A DNA stretch of 64,000 bases from Candidatus Kaiserbacteria bacterium (GCA_027451665.1 DAIDIW010000001.1:5354-69353); one strand, 5' to 3'. Counted from the first letter of the stretch, positions 27,790 to 37,043 are shown. Translations and numbers: made by a program. The notes: generated from the sequence alone by a model not told the origin.

Positions 27790-27870
27790 ACACCTGAGTC
27801 GGTGGAGGCATTATACGCGCATGACGAGCGGCTGCCAGACTGGCATTTCGTGGAGAACCTGTTAGTATGC

Positions 27871-27879
27871 TGTGCATAA
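27871..27879. promoter_or_regulatory. DnaA box TGTGCATAA (= TTATGCACA, perfect match to TTATNCACA) in the dnaA/rpmH divergent intergenic region
   Basis: Read directly, 80 nt upstream of the dnaA start. Confidence 0.45.
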
Positions 27880-27959
27880 CTACGATCTTGCGGTGACGCG
27901 GCGAATGCCCCTGGCAGTTTCGCCGAGGACGCGTTACGATACGGATAAATCTCAGACTC

Positions 27960-28100
27960 ATGGCAACAAAACGAACCTACCAGCCGAAGAGGCGCAAGCG
28001 TGCGAAGACGCACGGCTTCCGTGCGCGTACGGCGACCACTGCCGGCAAAAAAATCGTCCAGCGTCGCCGTCGCCAGGGACGCAAGAAGTTGACGGCCTAA
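27960..28100 (+). CDS. rpmH: 50S ribosomal protein L34
   Basis: Hand translation [46 protein letters not shown]. Hidden inside the larger listed ORF 27872..28405 in another frame. Confidence 0.9.
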   Translation: MATKRTYQPKRRKRAKTHGFRARTATTAGKKIVQRRRRQGRKKLTA

Positions 28101-28405
28101 TGTTTCCGAGGCGAAACCGCCTATCAAAAGACGCCTTCCTGGCTCCCGGGAAGCGTCTCGCGTCTTCTCATATGGCGGTATTCATCCCCCACCACCCCAT
28201 CCGTGGGTACGCGGTCATAGTGTCTAAGAAGACCGCGAGGCTCTCGGTCACCCGGCACCGCTTGAAACGCCGCGTGCAGGCAGCGCTCCGGTCCCTTGAT
28301 CTCCCGCCGGCACTCGTGGTCTACCCGCGCAGTTCCGTGCTCACGCTGCCTTTTAGTGAACTGCAGGCCGAACTCAGAGAACTTGTGCGTAAAATCCGTT
28401 CGTAG
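28100..28405 (+). CDS. rnpA: RNase P protein component
   Basis: ATG overlaps the rpmH stop (TAATG). [30 protein letters not shown]...RHRLKRRV is RnpA-like. Confidence 0.75.
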   Translation: MFPRRNRLSKDAFLAPGKRLASSHMAVFIPHHPIRGYAVIVSKKTARLSVTRHRLKRRVQAALRSLDLPPALVVYPRSSVLTLPFSELQAELRELVRKIRS

Positions 28406-29220
28406 TGTTGTCTTCGGTCGCCAATTCAAAATACATACAGTACAATCGACCTGTGATTTCAACGCTCTTCCACGCCGTTTTCTATAATCCGATCTACAAC
28501 GCCCTCGTGGCGCTCGTTTCGATTATCCCGGGCGGGGATGTCGGGGTGGCGGTGATTATCATCACGATCATCATACGGCTCATCCTGCTCCCCTTTTCGT
28601 TGTCTGCGGCGCGCACCCAGCGGGCGATGCGGCACCTCGAACCGAAACTGAAGGAGCTCAAGGAGGTACATAAGGGCGATAAAGAGAAGGAGGCCATAGC
28701 GACCCTCGAGCTCTATCGAGAGGCGAAGGTGAACCCCTTCGCGAGCATCCTCACGATCTTCATCCAGATACCCGTCCTCCTCGCGCTGTATTGGGTATTC
28801 CTCTACGAACCCTTCACGAAGATAGACCTCGCACGGCTCTATGGCTTTACCCCGGTTCCGCATGTCATTGCGCTCCATTTTCTCGGTCTCGTTGCAGTGA
28901 ACAGCAAGAGCGTCGCGCTTGCGCTGATTGCAGGGTTCACACAGTACGTGCAGGCACATTTTGCGCTGTCAGGGACGAGCGCGGCGGGTAAGGACGGGGT
29001 GAATGCGGGCCGGGGCGATTTTCAGAAGATGATGGGTACGCAGTTAAAGTATGTGTTCCCCTTCATTATCGCCGCGATCTCCTACACTACCGGCGCGGCG
29101 ATAGCACTCTACTTCATCACGACCAATCTCGTCGGAGTCGCTCAGGAATGGTATGTCCGCCGTTCGCTCGCGGCAGAATTCGCCGCGCGTGAGGCAAGGC
29201 TCGAGACGAACGCGGGCTGA
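28405..29220 (+). CDS. yidC: Membrane protein insertase YidC (short Gram-positive/CPR type)
   Basis: GTG start abutting the rnpA stop (alternative GTG at 28453). Multi-TM with IIITIIIRLILLPFSLSAARTQRAMRHLEPKLKELKE, resembling the YidC/Oxa1 core. Confidence 0.75.
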   Translation: MLSSVANSKYIQYNRPVISTLFHAVFYNPIYNALVALVSIIPGGDVGVAVIIITIIIRLILLPFSLSAARTQRAMRHLEPKLKELKEVHKGDKEKEAIATLELYREAKVNPFASILTIFIQIPVLLALYWVFLYEPFTKIDLARLYGFTPVPHVIALHFLGLVAVNSKSVALALIAGFTQYVQAHFALSGTSAAGKDGVNAGRGDFQKMMGTQLKYVFPFIIAAISYTTGAAIALYFITTNLVGVAQEWYVRRSLAAEFAAREARLETNAG

Positions 29221-29236
29221 TCTTGTGCGGATAGTA

Positions 29237-29270
29237 GAAAAGGCTCGCGTCTCGTGAGGCGGGCCTTTTC
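29237..29270. terminator. Hairpin (GAAAAGGCtcgcg...GCCTTTTC) between convergent yidC and the minus-strand operon end
   Basis: Imperfect ~14-bp stem with A/T-rich ends, read directly. Confidence 0.45.
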
Positions 29271-29277
29271 ATGCCTC

Positions 29278-30474
29278 CTAGAGCGTATACGACCAGAGCG
29301 AACCGTCGGTCTTGTTTATAAATACGAGCGTCGTGTCATTCGGATCGACCGCGAGCGCTTCGGCATCGAGTGGCTTACCCGTTTCCTTGTTGAAATCCAG
29401 CAGGAATTGCGCGTACCGCCCGGCGACATCGATCTTCCAGAGCTGGTCGTTGAAGGTCACTGCTCCCTGGTACCAGTCGTCAGGATACTGATACTGCGCC
29501 GAGGGCGCGCTGGGGACGCCGCAATAGGCGGCCGAGCTGTCAGCGGCCCAGGCGCACTTGTCGGCTATGGTGGCGACAGGGAGCGCCGTCGTCTGTCCGT
29601 CCTTCAGGTTTACAAGCGAGAGGTGCATCACGCCGCTGTCGCTGCTGCTTACGAGCGCCCAGTTCCCGTCGGGCGATGGGAGGGCGACGAGCCCGTCAAG
29701 CGGTCCGGCGATGCGCGAGAACTGGCCGGCAGCATTCACGAGGTAGGCATATCCGGCGATAGACGCGGACGGCTTCGTGAAGGCGAGGTATTGATTCTTT
29801 CCTGCCGCGTAGACACGCAGCATAGAGAGTGGGGTCGAGAAGGCGAATCCGCCGCTCGAGCCGTCAAATCCGTAGTGCGTTCCGCTCGACCCATTCGCGT
29901 CAGAGGCGAGTGTAAGCACGCTCGTCGAAGATACGGCGAGATCGCCGATGTCCTGCGGGAGGAAGAAGCCGCTTCCTCCATCGTATGTGAGCCCGTACGT
30001 GTTCACGGTCGTGAAGTCAGTCCCTGAAAGATACTCTACGAATGCGGTCTGCCCGTCAGGCGTCCAGAAGGCCCGCTCGATGCCTGGGATCGTGCGGTTA
30101 CTAGTACGCGTATTCTGGCCCTGCATCTCGGAGTACGCGTATATGTTTCCGCTCTGGCGATCGATGTAGCGCACGAGTGTGTCTGCGGAGGAGCTTGCCG
30201 TGGGTGGAATGTCGACGACCGCTTCGCCCGGGACGATGGGTCCCTGAGCGATCTCGACGAGCTTCGCCGTAACCTTGTTCGGTGTGCCAATAGGCGTCCC
30301 GTTCGCGAGGGTTGAGCTCGCAGTCGCGGTGGTCGCCTGCCCTGCCGAAGGCAGCGTCGAGCTCGGCGGCGCCACAGCTACGCCCGCCGTGTGCACGAAG
30401 AGGAGGAAATACGCAGCAACTCCGAGTCCGATGACTACGATGGCGATTGCGAGGATGAGAAGAGTGCGGCGCAT
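29278..30474 (-). CDS. Hypothetical membrane-anchored protein (N-terminal TM, Thr/Ser-rich linker, beta-rich domain); last gene of the T4SS-like operon
   Basis: 398 aa; MRRTLLILAIAIVVIGLGVAAYFLLFV TM. No catalytic motif recognised. Confidence 0.5.
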   Translation of the reverse strand: MRRTLLILAIAIVVIGLGVAAYFLLFVHTAGVAVAPPSSTLPSAGQATTATASSTLANGTPIGTPNKVTAKLVEIAQGPIVPGEAVVDIPPTASSSADTLVRYIDRQSGNIYAYSEMQGQNTRTSNRTIPGIERAFWTPDGQTAFVEYLSGTDFTTVNTYGLTYDGGSGFFLPQDIGDLAVSSTSVLTLASDANGSSGTHYGFDGSSGGFAFSTPLSMLRVYAAGKNQYLAFTKPSASIAGYAYLVNAAGQFSRIAGPLDGLVALPSPDGNWALVSSSDSGVMHLSLVNLKDGQTTALPVATIADKCAWAADSSAAYCGVPSAPSAQYQYPDDWYQGAVTFNDQLWKIDVAGRYAQFLLDFNKETGKPLDAEALAVDPNDTTLVFINKTDGSLWSYTL

Positions 30475-30477
30475 ACG

Positions 30478-31257
30478 CTAATGAGAGCTCATCGTGCTGT
30501 GGTATGAGCACTGAATCTTAAGTATGTCGTTTTTCACGGGGCAAGATGAGGCGCTACTGGCGGTTCCAAAAAATCCAGTGGCCGGAGGAAAGTTCGTGTC
30601 TATCGCTCCTCCCGGTGTTATGCAGACAGCCTGTGCATCTGCAGTTTCGAAGCCTGGTGTGTTGTCAACGCATTGCTGCGCAGCACTCGAGCAGCTTCCG
30701 TTCATGCAAGCGATAAAGATTGTACCGTTTTGGTATGCGCTGCCGTTCGTCGAGTTCTCGTACGAAGGGGGTGGTGGTGCTGTCTCAGGGTTAACCCACT
30801 TGCCCCACTTTGTATGAAGTGGTTGGAGATTTATAGAGAGATTGAGAATCGCGGGGTTTATGAGCGAGAAAACGAGCACAGGCGAGAGCACGAGCACGAG
30901 GCCTATGATGGCTTGCGTGATGCGTTCCCGGCCGGCGGATTTGCTCGATATGGAATCTTGTGTCGAGATCTCAAGACCGCCCCAAATGATGAGGATGACT
31001 GCCAATGTCGCTGCGAGACCGACGAGATATCTATAGAGATTATTTAGAAAGTCTGCGAGACCCTTTGAGCTTGCGACGGCATTCTGCGTGAGACCGGGGA
31101 TCGGTGCGATAGGCACATAGCCACTGTTCGAATCCGTTTGTGTCTGGGCAGTCAGAGTGGTGCTGCCGTCCGCCGCTGCGGCGCTTTGCGCATGTGTAGC
31201 GACGGGTACGAGCAATACAAGCGAAAGGATGAGTGTTGGTAGGAGGGAGCGGTTCAT
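30478..31257 (-). CDS. T4SS pilin-like protein (VirB2/TrbC-like two-TM core) with Cys-rich C-terminal extension
   Basis: Signal peptide, then GLADFLNNLYRYLVGLAATLAVILIIWGGLEISTQ and AIIGLVLVLSPVLVFSLI, the two hydrophobic helices typical of conjugative pilins. C-terminal ~100 aa contain 8 Cys. Confidence 0.5.
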   Translation of the reverse strand: MNRSLLPTLILSLVLLVPVATHAQSAAAADGSTTLTAQTQTDSNSGYVPIAPIPGLTQNAVASSKGLADFLNNLYRYLVGLAATLAVILIIWGGLEISTQDSISSKSAGRERITQAIIGLVLVLSPVLVFSLINPAILNLSINLQPLHTKWGKWVNPETAPPPPSYENSTNGSAYQNGTIFIACMNGSCSSAAQQCVDNTPGFETADAQAVCITPGGAIDTNFPPATGFFGTASSASSCPVKNDILKIQCSYHSTMSSH

Positions 31258-32264
31258 AGTCCGAAGAGGCTAGTAGAGTTCGTACCAAAGGTGAGCGTGA
31301 GCGCTTGCGTCGCTTCAGCACCGAGCACGCCGGCAGATGCGGTCGCCGAAACGTTCGCGCTCCCCTGTCCGGAACCCGTCGGACGCAAGGTGAGTGTGCC
31401 GCCCGTCTGCGCCGAAGCGCCGTTCAGGAACCATGTGAGCGTCGGTGCTCCTTGCGAGATTGGGAATGAGAACGGGGCCGCGTAGAGCGAAACTTCAGGG
31501 CTCGTGATCGTGTAGCTCCCAGTAAGCGCATGGTCGAACCGGATGCCACGCAAGGGGTCGTTCTCGTAGAGCCGGAGCGTGGGCGCTACTGGGGTGAGCG
31601 TCTCGTCCGCGCCGCCGACGAGCGTGCCGTCCGTGCTCGCTACCGTCACCGAGACGGTGCGATCTCGGTACTCAAGCGGAGAACCAACAACTAGCGTGTC
31701 CTGCCCTACTCCGGAATCGCCGGCGAGTTGCGTGCCGTCCACGCTCCAGCGGTAGGAGAGCTGCGTCGGGTCGATCAGCTTTCCGGAAGCGGTCCGGAAA
31801 TCGGCGACCGCCACGAGGCGCGTCTGGCCGCCAAGCGGAACGAGCGGTTTGCCGAGGTAGAGCGGCGGCGCCGAGGATTCCGGCTCGAGTACGAGTGAGA
31901 CCTCCTGCGGCGTTATAGTGACGGTCTGCGGATAGGAGGTGCCATTCTCGGCGATTGTGACGGTCGCTTTCACGGGGAGGCCTCCTGCTCCGAGCGGGAC
32001 AGGTACGGTGCGCACGTTTCCTTGGTAGATCTGCTTTCCTGCTACGGATACCGTGAGTGAAGCGCTCGAGAGATCGAGCTCGCTCGACACGAAAGAGAGC
32101 GTCGCTGTGCTGTAAGGCTGCGGAAACTGCGGCGCAACAGAGATGTCATACGCGGTACTGCTCGGCAGTCCGGATGGGCCAAATGATTGAGCAGCTACCG
32201 AGAGCGGGAGCGCCGCGATAAGCGCGCAAATACCCCCAGAGAGCCATACGCCGCGGGTGGTCAT
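31254..32264 (-). CDS. Hypothetical secreted protein (signal peptide, beta-rich)
   Basis: 336 aa with signal peptide MTTRGVWLSGGICALIAALPLSVAA. Overlaps neighbours by 4 nt within the operon. Confidence 0.5.
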   Translation of the reverse strand: MTTRGVWLSGGICALIAALPLSVAAQSFGPSGLPSSTAYDISVAPQFPQPYSTATLSFVSSELDLSSASLTVSVAGKQIYQGNVRTVPVPLGAGGLPVKATVTIAENGTSYPQTVTITPQEVSLVLEPESSAPPLYLGKPLVPLGGQTRLVAVADFRTASGKLIDPTQLSYRWSVDGTQLAGDSGVGQDTLVVGSPLEYRDRTVSVTVASTDGTLVGGADETLTPVAPTLRLYENDPLRGIRFDHALTGSYTITSPEVSLYAAPFSFPISQGAPTLTWFLNGASAQTGGTLTLRPTGSGQGSANVSATASAGVLGAEATQALTLTFGTNSTSLFGL

Positions 32265-32293
32265 TCCTCCAGTATATCGCTCTCTCGTGTTCC

Positions 32294-32860
32294 TCAGGCC
32301 GCTTCGGCGGGAGCTCCGGGGATTTCTTCGGTTTGGTTATCGTTTGCCGCACGTAGCCGCGCCGCCTTTGCGAGCTGTGCCGCTTCGCGGGCCTCACGTG
32401 CCGCCGCACTCGTCCGCTCCCATTGTTTGAGCGTCTCGCGCTCTTTCCGTATCTGCGCGCGGAACATAAAGAATGCCATAAGGAAGGTGCTCCCCATGAT
32501 GCCCTCGAGGAGCCATAGGATGCCGGTCGGGTGTTTCGTGATGATGTGCGTATCTATCATGAGGATGAAGATGAGCACGAGGAACCAGCCGCTGATTGCC
32601 ATCGTGATGGACATGACCGTACCGAATGCTGCGAGCACGGGCGTCGCCGTGTACCCTGCCAAGCCGGCCACCGCACCGGCAATATGCCCCTCGATGCCTC
32701 CCCCGTAATAGCTCGAGACGCCATACCCGATGACAGCGGGCCCCCACAGCCAGAAGAATAGGAACGCATAACGGAATAGGTCGAACAGCCCGCCTATGAC
32801 GAGGCTCGGGGTAGCTGTCGCCCAGCTCATCGTCTTTGGTCGCGGTGGCATGGCGGTCAT
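32294..32860 (-). CDS. Hypothetical polytopic membrane protein (possible VirB6/TrbL-like component)
   Basis: 188 aa with ~4 TM segments and a charged C-terminal tail. Lies in the T4SS-like operon. Confidence 0.4.
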   Translation of the reverse strand: MTAMPPRPKTMSWATATPSLVIGGLFDLFRYAFLFFWLWGPAVIGYGVSSYYGGGIEGHIAGAVAGLAGYTATPVLAAFGTVMSITMAISGWFLVLIFILMIDTHIITKHPTGILWLLEGIMGSTFLMAFFMFRAQIRKERETLKQWERTSAAAREAREAAQLAKAARLRAANDNQTEEIPGAPAEAA

Positions 32861-32896
32861 CGCTATCAGTATAGCGGTGAATGGCGCACGAGACGC

Positions 32897-34732
32897 CTAG
32901 GCTACGCCAGCCTGTTGGTTCTCATCGGCGGCGAGGCGTCCTTTCTCCTCTTGTATGGAAAGGAGCTGCGAAGGGTCGCTCGTGATGATTTGGTCTTCGG
33001 TGTAGCTTGCGACGACCTTTATCGCGACGTGCTTCAGTCCCGCGAAGAAGAGCCCCTCGCCGACCCCGGCTTCCAGTAGAAGGTACTTCTCCTCGTCCGT
33101 CAGGTTGAAGGTCTTCTGGAGAGTGTCGATGGTGGTAGGCGATTGCTTCAAGAGGAGTTGGAGCGATGAGTTCGTGAGGATCGGCCGGCCATAGGGCGAG
33201 CGGAGGAAGTCTTCCACATCCTGGGTGATGGTTGCGACGCCGAGGTAGTACTTGCGTCCGCGTTTCGCGAGACTGTAGAGGAAGCTTGCGGTGTCCTCGC
33301 TCTTCATCATCCACCACGCCTCATCGATCACGAGGAGCCGCTTCTTGAGCTCGTGCCGCACCGCGTTCCAGATGTAGTGCGTGATTATGTACATTGCGAC
33401 CGGCTTGAGCTCATCCTCCATATCGCGGACGGAGAATACCGCGAATTGTTGCGAAAGGTCGATGTTCGTCGGTTGGTTTAAGAATCCTGACCACGTACCG
33501 CGCGTGTACTTTGAGAGGCGCTCGACGAGCGATTCACTGCCATCCATGCCCGAGAGCACCTGCTCGAAATCGGAAAGAAGCGGCGGCTCCGCGCCCGTGA
33601 AATCAGAATCGCCCGTTATGTCCTTAAGCGCATAGGTCTCAGTGATTGCCTGATCGATGATAGCGTCTTCCTCGGGTGTGAGGCCGGAGAGCATGATCCG
33701 GAAGAGGCCGACGAGGTTGATGATGTTCGAACGCAGTATATCCTTCGGGTCCTCATCTTCGCGGACCGGAGGAAGATCGAACGGATTTATGTGATGTTCT
33801 GAAGAGAGCGAGATATGGAATGAACGTCCGCCCGTAGATTCCGCGAGCTGGTCATACTCGCGCTCCGGATCGATCACGATGACATCAGTCCCGAACATGA
33901 GCGAACGGAGTATCTCGAGCTTCGTCGCGTAGGATTTCCCGGAGCCGGACTTCGCGAATACCACTGAGTTGTAGTTCTCGAGCGAGAATCGATCGAAAAG
34001 AATAAGTGAGGAATTATGACGGTTGACGCCGTAGAGGATGCCGCGATCACTCGTGAGGTCGAACGAGACAAATGGGAATATGGATGAGAGCGGCGAGGAA
34101 TTGAGCTTGGAGTTCACCTGGAGTTCATCGGTCCCGAGTGGGAGGCATGACCGGAAGCCCTGCTCCTGTTGAAAGAGCGCGGGCTTCGTGTAGACGAGCT
34201 TCGCGTCGAGGATGCCGCGTATATCCCCTTCCGTTTTGTCGATATCCTCTTTTGAATCGCCGTAGAGCGCAAGGTAGAGACCTACGTCGAAGAGCTTCTC
34301 CTGTGCCTGTTGAAGGTTGTCGCGAAGATTCTCGAGATCCTGGTACGCGGTATCGAGCAGCGGATCTCGAACGAGCCCTTTTGCTTCCCGATCAGCGATC
34401 TGGCTCTGCACCTCGGCGACCTTCTTCTGGAAGGAGCGGAGGGCCTGTTCGGTATCGACCGGATGCACGAATAGGGAGACATCGAGCACCTGGTCCAGGT
34501 TGATGACTGGAGAGAACCAGCCGTCCGCGAGGAAGCGCGGATACGAGATGGTGTAGAAGGAGCGTGCGAACTTTTCGCCGAGCTGTATCTCGCGCGACCC
34601 GATCTGGAGCGCCGTCGGCGCGATGGTATCGACGAGGTTCAGAGAACCCTGCCGGTAAATGTCCTTCGGCAGTATGGGGACGACTTCCGGAGACTCTTCT
34701 TTCTTGCGGTTGAGAATATCGAGGAGGCTCAT
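32897..34732 (-). CDS. virB4: VirB4/TrbE/CagE-family T4SS ATPase, C-terminal (ATPase) portion
   Basis: Walker A VVFAKSGSGKSY and Walker B/DEAW-like LLVIDEAWWMM. Begins 3 nt after an in-frame TAA that ends the upstream N-domain ORF. Confidence 0.8.
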   Translation of the reverse strand: MSLLDILNRKKEESPEVVPILPKDIYRQGSLNLVDTIAPTALQIGSREIQLGEKFARSFYTISYPRFLADGWFSPVINLDQVLDVSLFVHPVDTEQALRSFQKKVAEVQSQIADREAKGLVRDPLLDTAYQDLENLRDNLQQAQEKLFDVGLYLALYGDSKEDIDKTEGDIRGILDAKLVYTKPALFQQEQGFRSCLPLGTDELQVNSKLNSSPLSSIFPFVSFDLTSDRGILYGVNRHNSSLILFDRFSLENYNSVVFAKSGSGKSYATKLEILRSLMFGTDVIVIDPEREYDQLAESTGGRSFHISLSSEHHINPFDLPPVREDEDPKDILRSNIINLVGLFRIMLSGLTPEEDAIIDQAITETYALKDITGDSDFTGAEPPLLSDFEQVLSGMDGSESLVERLSKYTRGTWSGFLNQPTNIDLSQQFAVFSVRDMEDELKPVAMYIITHYIWNAVRHELKKRLLVIDEAWWMMKSEDTASFLYSLAKRGRKYYLGVATITQDVEDFLRSPYGRPILTNSSLQLLLKQSPTTIDTLQKTFNLTDEEKYLLLEAGVGEGLFFAGLKHVAIKVVASYTEDQIITSDPSQLLSIQEEKGRLAADENQQAGVA

Positions 34733-34735
34733 GGT

Positions 34736-35371
34736 TTAGGAATCAAGACGAATGGGGTTCTCAAGCTCTCCCGGGTTGAAGGAGCGGTAGAGAAGTTCAA
34801 TAGTTTCCTCGGTATCGAGCGGGACGGCGCGCACGCCCGTGCCCGCGAGTCCCTCGGCGACCAAGGCAAGCCGCTGTTCGAGTTGAGCGCGGTCTTCTTC
34901 GAAATCGGTCTCGCGAGCCTCCGCGCGGCGCTTCCCTCCTCCGAAAAGGCCGGCCGCTGCACCGACGGCATTCAGATGCGGCGCGTACGGGACCACAACG
35001 TAGAAGGATTTTGTCATGATATTTGCGCCCTCAGCGAACGAACGAATGAATTCGACGTACTCGCGCAGCTGGATACGCAGGAGCTCGGTGCGCTGTTCGG
35101 GCGTCTTCTTTTCGAGGATTGCGAGGTAGGGCCGCAAGTCCATCTTCCGGGAATTCACAACGATCTGGATGGAGAAATCCAAGGTATTAAGGAAATTTTG
35201 AAATCCGAGAATGATGCTGCGTTGTTCATCTGCGGATTTCAGACCGAAATTGACTGAAGAACAGATAAGGATACCCCGGTAGCTCCCGTCTTTGAGCACG
35301 ACCGCGCCGTTCCGGATTTCTTTCACCGGTACGAATTGCTGCGTAGCGCCGCTCGCTCTCGTCGTACTCAT
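34736..35371 (-). CDS. virB4: VirB4 N-terminal domain, separate ORF in the same frame as the ATPase portion
   Basis: FVPVKEIRNGAVVLKDGSYRGILICSSVNFGLKSADEQRSIILGFQNFLNTLDFSIQIVV matches the CagE/TrbE/VirB4 N-terminal domain. On the minus strand the sequence reads TAA-ACC-ATG; the next ORF starts in the same frame 3 nt later. Confidence 0.7.
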   Translation of the reverse strand: MSTTRASGATQQFVPVKEIRNGAVVLKDGSYRGILICSSVNFGLKSADEQRSIILGFQNFLNTLDFSIQIVVNSRKMDLRPYLAILEKKTPEQRTELLRIQLREYVEFIRSFAEGANIMTKSFYVVVPYAPHLNAVGAAAGLFGGGKRRAEARETDFEEDRAQLEQRLALVAEGLAGTGVRAVPLDTEETIELLYRSFNPGELENPIRLDS

Positions 35372-35814
35372 GAGGGGCGTTCATTAGTACCAGTCTCCTG
35401 TTCTACGTCGAGCGACCACGCGAGATCGGAAAGCTTTCCTCGTGTGAGCCGCGGCGCAGCCGCCGTCTTCGGCTTTTCAGGCGCTGCCATCTGTGCCGGG
35501 GCCTTAGGCTCCACGTGTTTCCAGAGAAAGAGTTTCGCGCCAGTGTAATAGTTGAAGGCGGCTTCGAGAATCTGGATGAACGGCTTGCCATTCATCTTAT
35601 AGAACGAGAGTGCGGCACCGAGCGCGCCGACTGGCAATGCGAATATGACGGCGAGCCAGATAGGCAGATAGAAGAAGAAAAGGATGAGCAGCCCGGCCGT
35701 CCCAGCGAGATATATGAACTGCTTTAGCGTAAGTGGTCCGACGATTTTGTCCTCCACTTCGATGAACTGTGGAACCTGGTACTCCATCGTCTGCAGTATA
35801 CCGCGCTCCGGCAT
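35368..35814 (-). CDS. PrgI-family small membrane protein (VirB3 analogue)
   Basis: QFIYLAGTAGLLILFFFYLPIWLAVIFALPVGALGAALSFYKMNGKPF is the PrgI two-TM pattern. Overlaps the virB4 N-domain ORF by 4 nt. Confidence 0.6.
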   Translation of the reverse strand: MPERGILQTMEYQVPQFIEVEDKIVGPLTLKQFIYLAGTAGLLILFFFYLPIWLAVIFALPVGALGAALSFYKMNGKPFIQILEAAFNYYTGAKLFLWKHVEPKAPAQMAAPEKPKTAAAPRLTRGKLSDLAWSLDVEQETGTNERPS

Positions 35815-35857
35815 CAGGGATACGGTTTTCCGCAGGGGACGGACAATCGAGCGGCGC

Positions 35858-36112
35858 CTATTCTCCGCGAATGTCCTTCGTCTGGATCGGACTCTCGATT
35901 CCAGGCGACCATTTTGCGTCTATTTCTCCGAATCGCGCCTCGTATTCTTTAAGGTGATGTTCGAGACTCTGTATGAGCCGCTTCATGTGCTCGGGCGATA
36001 GCGCGTAAGCATTCGCAGTGTCACCCACCATCATGACAAGCACAAAATTCTCCCGAGAATGCCCGGCGAGGACATTCTCGCAGTACTGCTTAGGTATGGT
36101 ATTCAGATCCAT
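35858..36112 (-). CDS. DUF3467-like small protein
   Basis: 84 aa; NFVLVMMVGDTANAYALSPEHMKRLIQSLEHHLKEYEARFGEI resembles DUF3467 family proteins common in CPR. Confidence 0.4.
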   Translation of the reverse strand: MDLNTIPKQYCENVLAGHSRENFVLVMMVGDTANAYALSPEHMKRLIQSLEHHLKEYEARFGEIDAKWSPGIESPIQTKDIRGE

Positions 36113-36119
36113 GGTCTAT

Positions 36120-36761
36120 CTAGGATAATGGTTGGCCGGTAATGAGCCCGAAGAGCCAGAGCACGAACTGGAAGAACGGTCCGGCGAAAATATATGAGAA
36201 TGCGAATAAGAATACGATAAGGGAGACCATGCCGAGGGACCGAACCTGCCCTTCAAACCGGTGTAATTCGCGGGAGAGGTGCCACGGGAGCGCGCTGCGC
36301 AGTGCGGTGAATCCATCGAGCGGCGGAAAAGGGATCAGATTGAAAGCCCCGAGGAAGAGGTTCACGAGCGCAATGTCTCCTGCGACCGAAAGCGCGGCCG
36401 CGTCGAGGCCGAGCGCAGCGCCGAAGCGCACTACGACTCCGAATACGATTGCGAGCAGGAGATTAGTTGCGCTTCCGGCGATCGCCACAAGCGTCTCGCC
36501 CCAGCGCTTCTCGGAAAGATTGTACGGGTTATAGGGAACCGGCTTCGCCCACCCGAAGAATATGGGAGATCCGGTGAATATGAAAAGCGCCGGTATGATG
36601 ATCGATCCCATGAGATCAATGTGTGGGATTGGATTTAGCGTGAGGCGCCCTGCGAGCCGAGCCGTGGGGTCACCAAGCGCGTCTGCCATATAGCCATGCG
36701 CCACCTCATGGGCGATGATGGAAAGGATAAGGATAGCGAAGGAAAGGATGGCCAGAGTCAT
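36120..36761 (-). CDS. Site-2 protease family zinc metalloprotease (M50)
   Basis: HEVAHG (HExxH) in the first TM, multi-TM architecture, and LDG in a later helix (NLIPFPPLDG). Confidence 0.75.
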   Translation of the reverse strand: MTLAILSFAILILSIIAHEVAHGYMADALGDPTARLAGRLTLNPIPHIDLMGSIIIPALFIFTGSPIFFGWAKPVPYNPYNLSEKRWGETLVAIAGSATNLLLAIVFGVVVRFGAALGLDAAALSVAGDIALVNLFLGAFNLIPFPPLDGFTALRSALPWHLSRELHRFEGQVRSLGMVSLIVFLFAFSYIFAGPFFQFVLWLFGLITGQPLS

Positions 36762-36800
36762 TTGCCTTTATCCTAAATGCTGTGGTAGCATGCGGCAACT

Positions 36801-37043
36801 ATGGCACGCAGCTGCGATATCACCGGCAAGTCGACCCAGATCGGCGGCCGCTATTCTAACCGCGTCCGCGCGACGCAGTTCAACCCGACGGGCAAGGTGC
36901 GCCGCAAGGCGAACCTCACGCGCCGCCGCATCTACGTCCCCGAGCTTAAGAAATGGGTGAACGTCGATATCTCCGTGAAGGGGCTGAAGACGCTCAAGAA
37001 GAATGGGGCGTACGCGACGCTCAAGAAAGCGGGGAAGATTTAG
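36801..37043 (+). CDS. rpmB: 50S ribosomal protein L28
   Basis: MARSCDITGKSTQIGGRYSN...RRKANLTRRRIYVPELKKWVNVDISVKGLKTLKKNG matches the L28 pattern. Confidence 0.8.
   Translation: MARSCDITGKSTQIGGRYSNRVRATQFNPTGKVRRKANLTRRRIYVPELKKWVNVDISVKGLKTLKKNGAYATLKKAGKI

Noticed and set aside
27872-28405. 177-aa listed ORF upstream of yidC treated as one gene
   Set aside because: Its 5' part is out of frame relative to rpmH (L34, 27960-28100, another frame). Only its 3' part from ATG 28100 is rnpA.
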